In this document: in pieces, positions 56,350-64,000 of the stretch
How the letters are laid out: every line of letters begins with the position of its first letter
Position numbering within the stretch: position 1 is the stretch's first letter
NCBI GenBank assembly: GCA_031291955.1
Contig: JARLIA010000014.1
Location: 666-64,665, forward strand
DNA: 64,000 nt
Origin: Minisyncoccota bacterium
GTDB lineage: Bacteria; Patescibacteriota; Minisyncoccia; Moranbacterales; UBA2206
Direction of reading: 5' to 3'
Notes under the pieces: model-generated
Seen by the model: only the letters and a program-made list of their open reading frames with translations
Told to the model about the DNA's origin: nothing
Databases searched by the model: none
Program-made: the position numbers and the translations under genes

Positions 56350-58416
56350 TCAAATGATTACTTTCACATCCACCGCTACACCCGACTTGCCATCATTATA
56401 TACAATTAACGGATTTATATCAAACTCTTTGATTTCCGGAAGCTCGACCGCCATAAGACAGATGCCAAGCAGTGTGCCGGCCAATTCTTCGAGATTATAA
56501 TTTTTCTGGCCGCGGGCATCCTGGAACAAAAATTTCAACTTGCCGGACAACAGCGATTCTTCGATCTCGCCGATACTCTCCGGCGGAACGAGATAATCCA
56601 CCATTTTGAGATATTCGGTGTAGATGCCGCCCAAACCATAAAGCACGACCGGCCCAAAAACAGAATCCAGTTTCACGCCGACAATAATTTCCAAACCGCC
56701 CGGCAGCATTGGCTGAACAACCAGGCGACTGCCAGGAAAATTGAAGCGCATATCATCAACCGCCTTTTCCAATTCTTTTTTATCCTGAATATTCAGAACC
56801 AAACCTTTTTTGTCAGTCTTGTGGAGAACTTGGTCGCTGTCCACTTTCAGAACGACTGGAAATTTAATCTTGGTCGGCAAGCTATTTTTCTCCGGCAAAA
56901 TATCCGTGCACTCGACAGTTTTGACGCCATATATTTCCATCAGCTCTCGAGCCTCGGAAAAATACAGAGCTTTCCGATTCTCAGCCTTAGCGCCGGCAAT
57001 AATTTTAGCCGCATATTCGCGCCGCTTGGGATTGATGACTTGCTCGGGTAATTTATTATTTTTTTCCCTGAGAAGAGTCCAGCGGTAGTAGCCATCAAGA
57101 GCGTTTATCAACTGCTCCGGAAATCCGAAGTTGGCAATTCCATTTTGACTCAGTTTTTTGATCGCTTCTTCCACCCTTTCCCCGCCCACAAAAACCGTGG
57201 CCAGGATTTTGTCCGTTTTGTGTTTGAAATCAATGATAACATCGGCAATTTTTCCAACCGGCGTCTGATCTTGCGGTGTCAAAGCGCAAATGATCGCGCC
57301 GACATCTTTGATTCCGGCCACTGTTTCCAAAGCTTTTTGGTAGCGGTCCTCGTGGGAATCGCCCAAAAGATCAATTGGATTTTCGACCGAAGATTCTTCC
57401 GGCAAAAACTCGCGCAGCATTTCCTTGACCTTTGGATCCAGATCGGCCAATTGCATCGATTTCCCGCTGAAAGCATCCGAAGTGAGCACTCCCACTCCAC
57501 CGGCATCGGTAATGACCACCGCTTGGGGGCCCGGCACCGTTTTAGAATTATGAATCAAATCGATAAGACTGAAAAATTCTTCGAGACTCCCGGCCCGAAG
57601 CACACCGGTTTTCTTGAAAACGGCCGAAGTGATCTCGTCTGAACCGGCCAGCGCCCCGGTGTGCGAGCTGATGGCTTTTTGGGCTTTTTCGTTCTTACCG
57701 GCTTTCAAAATCACGACCGGTTTCAGTTTGGAAACTTTCCGGGCGGCTTTTATAAAAGCTTGTCCATCTTTCACCGATTCCAAATACATCCCGATAACTT
57801 TGGTTTTTTCGTCGGTGGCCAAATATTCCAAAAGTTCCGTCTCGCTCAGTTGCATCTTATTGCCAATCGAAATGACGTGAGTAAACCCAAGATTCCTTTC
57901 TTTTGCGATATCCAAAAGCGCAACCGCCAAAGCCCCCGACTGCGAGACGAAAGAAATATTGCCCTTGGCCGGCATCCCGCCAGCAAATGAGGCGTTGAGT
58001 TTCACGCCCGGCATGATAATGCCAAGACAATTGGGACCAATGATGTGAAGGCTGTTAGCATTGGCCATTTCGGCCAGTTCCGCCTGGCGCGCCTTGCCGT
58101 CTTCCCCGATCTCGCCAAATCCGGCCGAAATGATGACATAATTTTTGACTTTAGCCGCGTTAGCTTTCACTTCGCCGTTCACAAACTTGGCCGGAATGGC
58201 CACCACCGCCAGATCCACCGGCTCGCTGATTTCCGCGAGACTATGGTAGCATTTTTGGCCAAAAATTTCCGTGTGTTTGGGATTGACCAAAAACACCTTG
58301 CCTTTATAGCCCAGCTCCAACGCGTTCTTGGCCAGAACGCTCCCGACCGTCCCTTCCTCCGGCGACGCCCCCACGATAGCGACGGATTGGGGACTAAAAA
58401 GTTTTTCGAGGTTCAT
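56350..58416 (-). CDS. Acetate--CoA ligase (ADP-forming), fused alpha/beta
   Basis: SVAIVGAS, GPNCLG, SQSGA, SHTGALAG, HKTD and DINP motifs. Confidence 0.93.
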   Translation of the reverse strand: MNLEKLFSPQSVAIVGASPEEGTVGSVLAKNALELGYKGKVFLVNPKHTEIFGQKCYHSLAEISEPVDLAVVAIPAKFVNGEVKANAAKVKNYVIISAGFGEIGEDGKARQAELAEMANANSLHIIGPNCLGIIMPGVKLNASFAGGMPAKGNISFVSQSGALAVALLDIAKERNLGFTHVISIGNKMQLSETELLEYLATDEKTKVIGMYLESVKDGQAFIKAARKVSKLKPVVILKAGKNEKAQKAISSHTGALAGSDEITSAVFKKTGVLRAGSLEEFFSLIDLIHNSKTVPGPQAVVITDAGGVGVLTSDAFSGKSMQLADLDPKVKEMLREFLPEESSVENPIDLLGDSHEDRYQKALETVAGIKDVGAIICALTPQDQTPVGKIADVIIDFKHKTDKILATVFVGGERVEEAIKKLSQNGIANFGFPEQLINALDGYYRWTLLREKNNKLPEQVINPKRREYAAKIIAGAKAENRKALYFSEARELMEIYGVKTVECTDILPEKNSLPTKIKFPVVLKVDSDQVLHKTDKKGLVLNIQDKKELEKAVDDMRFNFPGSRLVVQPMLPGGLEIIVGVKLDSVFGPVVLYGLGGIYTEYLKMVDYLVPPESIGEIEESLLSGKLKFLFQDARGQKNYNLEELAGTLLGICLMAVELPEIKEFDINPLIVYNDGKSGVAVDVKVII

Positions 58417-58522
58417 AAATATTTTTGTTTTTAAATTAATTATAAATTTTTTACTACAGCATACCATAATACTGCAGTGCTTTGGGAATGAGCTTGTTAA
58501 AATAAATTATTTAAAAACTATT

Positions 58523-59527
58523 TTATAACCTTTCTGTTTTTACGTCTCCAACCTTCTCCAAAATTTCTGTTTCCTTCAGCAAACCGTTGATCGCACCGTA
58601 GAATTGCACTTCATTGGCGGATTCGACGATGCCCCAGCGGAGACACTCTTGGATATCTTTGCCCTTAATGTAGGCCGCCAAGAACGCGCTGGCGAAAGCG
58701 TCGCCGGCTCCAGTAGTATCCAGCGCTTTAGTAACTAAGGCCGGCGCGTGGAAAGTATTTTGACCGTCCGTCGTCCAGGCGCCGCACATGCCGTCTGTCA
58801 GCGCTACGATTTTTACTTCTAAACTTTTTAATTTTTCCAAAAGATATTTTTCATCGTTCACATTTTCCGGATTCGCGTCAGTGTGCATATTGGAAACAAT
58901 CTCAATGGCTTCATCCTTGTTAACAAATAATATTTCGCAAAGACCAATGGCCTCGATGATTTCCGGCGCATCTTCGCGGATACCTGCTTCGCGCGGGTTG
59001 AAGGCCACTTTCTTATTTTCATTTTTCGCCAGTTCGAAAATAGTCTCCAACTCATCTTCCCATTTGCCATAAATGTCACTGACAAAAAACCAATCCGCTT
59101 CCCGCACTTTTTCCGCGTCCAAATCCAAACTGCCATCGGAATTTTTGTTGGTAAAAATCGTCCGCTCGCCGGAATTTTCATCGACAACGATGGCCGACAG
59201 GTCGCTTTTCCCACTCGCGGAAATTTTCATCAGATCGACACCGACACCCTCATTTTTCAACTCCTCCTTGGCCCAGTTGCCAATCATATCACTCCCCACA
59301 CTTGAAGCGCAGAAACTTTCCACACCCAGGCGCGTTAGCGCCACCGCCGCGTTGGCCGCGCAGCCGCCCAATGACTCATGTCTTTCGGCGACTTTCACTT
59401 TTGCTCCCAGTTCAAAGGCAATCTTTTTTTGACTCTCCAGATCTTCGGGCGTATCAATGATTTTCCCTTCAGCGGTCGGAAAAAAAATATCCTTGCCGGT
59501 CGAACCGAGGCACAAAACTTTAATCAT
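58523..59527 (-). CDS. PfkB-family carbohydrate kinase
   Basis: GGCAAN, NKDE and DTTGAGDAF motifs. Confidence 0.92.
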   Translation of the reverse strand: MIKVLCLGSTGKDIFFPTAEGKIIDTPEDLESQKKIAFELGAKVKVAERHESLGGCAANAAVALTRLGVESFCASSVGSDMIGNWAKEELKNEGVGVDLMKISASGKSDLSAIVVDENSGERTIFTNKNSDGSLDLDAEKVREADWFFVSDIYGKWEDELETIFELAKNENKKVAFNPREAGIREDAPEIIEAIGLCEILFVNKDEAIEIVSNMHTDANPENVNDEKYLLEKLKSLEVKIVALTDGMCGAWTTDGQNTFHAPALVTKALDTTGAGDAFASAFLAAYIKGKDIQECLRWGIVESANEVQFYGAINGLLKETEILEKVGDVKTERL

Positions 59528-59549
59528 GGTTGTAATTTTAACTTTTTTA

Positions 59550-61106
59550 TTAAACAATCAAAGAATTTCTATCCATCGCCCCCGGCTTTTCAATCTCCAA
59601 GATTTCTAAAATAGTCGGCGCGATATTTCCAAGGACTCCGCCGGGGAATAATTTTTTATTTTTAAATTTCTCGCCCGCTAACAGGAACGGCACCGGATTT
59701 TTAGTGTGGAATGTGTCCGACTGATTGGCCGTTTCGTCAAACATCACTTCCGCGTTGCCATGATCAGCTGTGATTATTATATCGCCGTTTCGTTTAAAAA
59801 CTTCTTTGGCCAAGACTTCGATTTGAGCATCCAAAACTTCGCAGGCTTTGACTGTTGCCGCCAAATCGCCGGTATGGCCGACCATATCGGCGTTAGCAAA
59901 GTTGACGGCGTAAAAATCATAGGCATTCTTTTGAATACTTTTGACCAAATGGGCGGTTATTTTGGTCGCCGCCATCTGGGGAATTTTGGCATAGGAATCG
60001 ATTTTCGGCGAGGTAATCATAACTCGGTCTTCGTCATTAACCGGGTCAGCATAACCGCCGTTCAAAAAATATGTAACGTGGGCAAATTTTTCCGTCTCGG
60101 CGATATAGAGCTGTTTCAGATTTCCTAAAGCCATCGGCAAAGTGCCCATCAAGGTGTGCTCCGGCCAAGCAGTGTGAACATCCAAGTCCGGTCCGAAATC
60201 GGTCAGAGCCGTAAAATACAGATTTTTAATATGATCAATAACCGGCATATCATCATTAATAACGCCGTTCTTATTGGAAGCCACAAACAGTTTGGTGATT
60301 TGCCTGGCCCGGTCGGATCGCAAATTAAAAAACACAATACTGTCATCTTCCTTGAGCTTGGCCACCGGTTGGCCATCCCCCACGATGACCGTCGGAAAGA
60401 GATATTCGTCCGTAAGCCCCTGAGTGTAAGCCTGGTCGATAGCCGCCTCGGGACTGGGTGCTGTCGCGCCGCGGGCAAATACCACAGCGTCATAAGCCTT
60501 GGTCAATCGGTCCCAGTTTTTGGACCGATCCATGCCATAGAAACGGCCAGAGAGAGTGGCAATCTTTCCAATGCCTTCTTCTTGTATAATTTTTTTAAAA
60601 TTCGCCAAGTGCGTCCGGGCGCTCCGCGGATAGGAATCGCGCCCGTCAGTAAACAGATGGCAATAGACTTCTTTTATGTCATGACGTTTGGCAAGTTTCA
60701 ATATCGCCCGGAAATGGTCCGGATCGCTATGCGGACTGTCACAATCCCCCATGAGACCCATAAGATGGAAATTTCCGCCACTGGCTTTAGCGTGGCTAAT
60801 CGCGCCCAAAAGAGCCGGGTTCATGAAAAAATTTCCATTGGCGATACTCTCGGTGATGTAATAGGAATCCTGCCGGGCGATCCGGCCGGCGCCGATATTC
60901 ATATGCCCCGCCTCCGACCCGCTCATTTTGTCGTCTTCCAATCCCACATCCTTTCCCGTCGCTCCCAATTCAGTGTGCGGATGCATCTCAAACAGCCGAT
61001 CCAAAACCGGCCGCCGCGACAAAGTCACGGCATTATATTTGCTTGGGGGTGCAATACCGTAACCGTCAAGGATAATTAGGAGAGTTGGTGTTTTTATTTT
61101 AGCCAT
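59550..61106 (-). CDS. gpmI: 2,3-BPG-independent phosphoglycerate mutase
   Basis: ILDGYG, SEAGH, TDGRD, AETEK, NADMVGHTG and ADHGN motifs. Confidence 0.96.
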   Translation of the reverse strand: MAKIKTPTLLIILDGYGIAPPSKYNAVTLSRRPVLDRLFEMHPHTELGATGKDVGLEDDKMSGSEAGHMNIGAGRIARQDSYYITESIANGNFFMNPALLGAISHAKASGGNFHLMGLMGDCDSPHSDPDHFRAILKLAKRHDIKEVYCHLFTDGRDSYPRSARTHLANFKKIIQEEGIGKIATLSGRFYGMDRSKNWDRLTKAYDAVVFARGATAPSPEAAIDQAYTQGLTDEYLFPTVIVGDGQPVAKLKEDDSIVFFNLRSDRARQITKLFVASNKNGVINDDMPVIDHIKNLYFTALTDFGPDLDVHTAWPEHTLMGTLPMALGNLKQLYIAETEKFAHVTYFLNGGYADPVNDEDRVMITSPKIDSYAKIPQMAATKITAHLVKSIQKNAYDFYAVNFANADMVGHTGDLAATVKACEVLDAQIEVLAKEVFKRNGDIIITADHGNAEVMFDETANQSDTFHTKNPVPFLLAGEKFKNKKLFPGGVLGNIAPTILEILEIEKPGAMDRNSLIV

Positions 61107-61126
61107 TCCAAGAAAATTTTAAAGGC

Positions 61127-61227
61127 TAAATTTAAAATTTTAAATCAAATCTGAATGATTAAATTTAAAATTAAAACATTTAGTAATTTAAAATTTATTT
61201 TAAATTTCAAATTTCAAATTGAAAATT
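61127..61227. repeat. AT-rich heptamer-palindrome element between eno and gpmI
   Basis: Tandem aaatttc/aaattta units with inverted arrangement filling the intergenic gap. Confidence 0.6.
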
Positions 61228-62485
61228 ATCCGAGTTCTTCCTCTATCCTCAACAATCGATTATACTTGCAAATTCTTTCTCCGCGGCTTAATGATCCTGA
61301 TTTCATATATTCCGCCCCGACACCGACCGCCAAATCGGAAATGAAATCGTCGGTCGTTTCGCCGCTCCGATGCGAAATCACGATTTTCATTTTGTTCTTC
61401 TGCGCGAGTTTTATGCAATCAATCGTTTCACTGAGCGAGCCGATCTGATTGACTTTGATGAGCACGGCGTTGCAAGCTTTTTCGGCAATGGCCGTTTTCA
61501 ATCTTTTGACATTGGTCACAATGAGATCGTCACCAATGGTCATCACCCGACCGCCGATTTTCTCGTTCATAGCCCGCCAGCCTTCCCAGTCTTCTTCATT
61601 CAATCCATCTTCCACCGAGATGACGTTATATTTATCGATCCATTCGTTATAAATATTCACTAGCATCTCGCGGGTCAGCGTCGAGTTTTCGGGTTTAAAA
61701 ACATAGCGATCTTCATCTTTCCTGAAAAAAGAATTGGCCGCCGCGTCCAACCCCACCGCCGCTTCGCTGCCGTTTTTATAACCCGCCTTTTCAATAGCCG
61801 CGTTAATAAGCTCCAGCGCCTGGGCATTGCTCTCCAGCTTCGGCGCAAATCCGCCTTCGTCACCCACTGAAGTGGAATAACCCGCGGACGCCAAAATACC
61901 AGAAAGGTTATGAAAAATTTCGCTGCCGGCCCGCAGTTGTTCTGCGAAAGTTTTGATGCCGCGCGGAACCAGTTTGTATTCCTGAATAGACAGTCCCGAG
62001 TCACTATGCTTACCGCCGTTTATGATGTTGAACATCGGCATCGGAAGGGTGAATTTTTTACCGGGAAACTTGAAAGTCTTTTTAAGGTAAGCGTAAAGCG
62101 GCATCCCGTTTTCAATGGACGCCGCTCTGGCTGCCGCCAGCGACACGCCCAAAATGGCGTTGGCGCCAAGAGTTGATTTATTTTCCGTCCCGTCAAGTCT
62201 AATCATCGTCTCGTCGATCTTTTTTTGCTCAGAAACTTCCATTCCAACAATAGCCTCGGTGATTTTCGTGTTAACGTTTTCCACGGCACTTCGCACGCCC
62301 AACCCTTCATAACGATGCGGATCGCCGTCACGGAGTTCCAAAGCTTCATACGTCCCAGTTGATGCCCCGGAAGGCACCGCCGCCATGGTTTTTATTCCTG
62401 ATTCCAATTCAATTTCCACCTCGACCGTCGGATTGCCCCGCGAGTCCAAGATTTCACGAGCATAGATCTTTTTGATTTTTGACAT
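61226..62485 (-). CDS. eno: Enolase
   Basis: DSRGNPTVE, PSGASTG, GDEGG and SHRSGET motifs. Confidence 0.98.
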   Translation of the reverse strand: MSKIKKIYAREILDSRGNPTVEVEIELESGIKTMAAVPSGASTGTYEALELRDGDPHRYEGLGVRSAVENVNTKITEAIVGMEVSEQKKIDETMIRLDGTENKSTLGANAILGVSLAAARAASIENGMPLYAYLKKTFKFPGKKFTLPMPMFNIINGGKHSDSGLSIQEYKLVPRGIKTFAEQLRAGSEIFHNLSGILASAGYSTSVGDEGGFAPKLESNAQALELINAAIEKAGYKNGSEAAVGLDAAANSFFRKDEDRYVFKPENSTLTREMLVNIYNEWIDKYNVISVEDGLNEEDWEGWRAMNEKIGGRVMTIGDDLIVTNVKRLKTAIAEKACNAVLIKVNQIGSLSETIDCIKLAQKNKMKIVISHRSGETTDDFISDLAVGVGAEYMKSGSLSRGERICKYNRLLRIEEELG

Positions 62486-62504
62486 AGAATTTATTCCTTA
62501 ACTT

Positions 62505-63548
62505 TTAACTTGAGCGAAGCGCCTCGATCCCCGGCATTTTTTCTCCTCCCAGATAGGAAAGCATCGCCCCGCCACCGGTGGAAACGAAGGAAATTTTATC
62601 CATCGCGTCATTTTTCTCCAGCACTTCCAGCGTTTCGCCGCCGCCGACCACTGTGTACGCGCCGGATTGGATGACCGCCTCCAAAACCGCATTGGTGCTG
62701 ACAGCGAATTTTTCTTCTTCGAATTTTCCAGTTGGCCCGTTCCAAACGATCGTTTTGGCTGATTTTATTATATCTGAAAATTTATTTATCGTTTCCGGCC
62801 CGACGTCAAAATGATCCTCGGCAAAGTCAGTCGGCAAAATAACTTTTTCGGAGAAAGTCATATTTTTTTCCAAGGCTTCATTGGCAATCTTCCCGCCAAC
62901 CAAAACATGATCATATTTCTCATCGAAGAATTTGATAACCGACAGCTTCGTCTCGATCTTAGCCCCGCCGATGATCGCCACCGCCGGCCGGGCGTAATCC
63001 CGCATCAATTTCTCCATTTCTTCGATTTCTTTTTGCAACTGGAACCCGGCAAAACTCGGCAAAAATTTTGTGATGCCGGTCACCGATGCTTGGTCGCGAT
63101 GACAAACGCTAAAAGCGTCGTTTATGAAAACGTCAAAACCGGCCGCCAATTTCTCCGCAAACTCTTCGTTATTAGATTCGTCACCGGAATAGAAGCGCAC
63201 ATTTTCCAAAAGTAAGACTTCTTTATCAGATGCCTTTTCCAATCCATCAGCTACTTTCTCGCCCAAACAATCAGAAATAAAATTGATTTTCACGCCCAAC
63301 GACTCCGCCACGTCCGGCACGAGCTGCTCCAAGGAAAAATCCGGATCAACTTTCCCTTCGGGCCGGCCAAAGTGGGAAAGTAATGCTATTTTACAGTTCT
63401 TGCTCAAGAGATAATTCACCGTTTCTTTGGCCGCCTCAATCTTGAATTTCTCTTTTACCCGACCATTCTCCACTGCCACGTTAAAGTCTACTCGTAAAAG
63501 AATTTTTTTATTCTCCATTTCCGCGTCTTGTATTTTTTTGATATCCAT
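62505..63548 (-). CDS. pgk: Phosphoglycerate kinase (short form)
   Basis: RVDFNV, SHFGRP, LLENVRF, WNGP and STGGGA motifs. Confidence 0.96.
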   Translation of the reverse strand: MDIKKIQDAEMENKKILLRVDFNVAVENGRVKEKFKIEAAKETVNYLLSKNCKIALLSHFGRPEGKVDPDFSLEQLVPDVAESLGVKINFISDCLGEKVADGLEKASDKEVLLLENVRFYSGDESNNEEFAEKLAAGFDVFINDAFSVCHRDQASVTGITKFLPSFAGFQLQKEIEEMEKLMRDYARPAVAIIGGAKIETKLSVIKFFDEKYDHVLVGGKIANEALEKNMTFSEKVILPTDFAEDHFDVGPETINKFSDIIKSAKTIVWNGPTGKFEEEKFAVSTNAVLEAVIQSGAYTVVGGGETLEVLEKNDAMDKISFVSTGGGAMLSYLGGEKMPGIEALRSS

Positions 63549-63579
63549 ATTTGTTTTAATTTAATAATTGAAAATTATC

Positions 63580-64000
63580 CTAGTGTATCCGCCCCATCCC
63601 CAAAATTTCAATGATCACGCCCATCATAGCCATAACCCAGGTAAATATCCAGGCGCGCATGGTCACCTTCGTCTCCGGCCAACCCTTGGCTTCAAAGTGG
63701 TGATGAAGCGGCGCGGCCAGAAAAACTTTCTTGCCGAAATAGCGTTTACTGATCAGCTGGATGACAACCGAACCGGACTCCAGGATATAAAGAAGAGTAA
63801 TTATAAAAAGCGGAATGACAGAATTAGTGAGCATCGCAATCACTCCAAGTGTCGCCCCCATCGAAACCGCTCCCGTGTCGCCCATAAAGAAACGAGCCGG
63901 ATAAATATTAAACCAAAGAAACGCCAAAAGCGCCCCGGAAAGCGCCGCGCAAAAAGCGGCCAGGTCCATTTTGTTCTGCAAGAACGAAATAACAGAGAAT
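63580..64000 (-). CDS. mraY: Phospho-N-acetylmuramoyl-pentapeptide transferase (3' part)
   Basis: FNIYPARFFMGDTG and APLHHHFE motifs; 5' end lies outside the window. Confidence 0.95.
   Translation of the reverse strand, partial: FSVISFLQNKMDLAAFCAALSGALLAFLWFNIYPARFFMGDTGAVSMGATLGVIAMLTNSVIPLFIITLLYILESGSVVIQLISKRYFGKKVFLAAPLHHHFEAKGWPETKVTMRAWIFTWVMAMMGVIIEILGMGRIH

Overview
A 64 kb bacterial chromosome segment that looks like Patescibacteria/CPR (Parcubacteria-like). This is inferred from gene content, the intron-containing unlinked 16S gene and the AT-rich heptamer repeats. Most genes are on the minus strand. Housekeeping blocks lie at both ends: murG-ftsW-trmD-khpA on the left, and serS, an RND adaptor, rnhA, recJ, ADP-forming acetate-CoA ligase, pfkB, gpmI, eno, pgk and mraY on the right. 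Between them are a surface-protein cassette (5.7-11.8 kb), a GlcNAc-polymer locus (12.6-20.8 kb), aspS, fic, an ArsR operon, and an AT-rich lexA / restriction-modification operon (33.2-38.0 kb). A stand-alone 16S rRNA gene lies at about 44871-47355. Most notable signals: (1) an 861-nt group IIC-like intron at 16S position 1399/1400 encoding a LAGLIDADG endonuclease, with non-canonical ends and an EBS loop able to pair across the spliced junction; (2) a nested hairpin insertion in 16S helix 40 whose core belongs to a heptamer-palindrome family also found between housekeeping genes; (3) a BECR-like nuclease gene inside the R-M operon paired with a convergently promoted three-way-junction small RNA, a candidate protein-RNA toxin/antitoxin or defence module; (4) a 28-bp duplication of the 16S processing-stem arm flanking a foreign gene; (5) a repeated 18-bp palindromic operator tied to an unannotated AbrB-family gene. 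No CRISPR array, tRNA or transposase was recognised. All calls come from reading the sequence by eye; no database searches were run.
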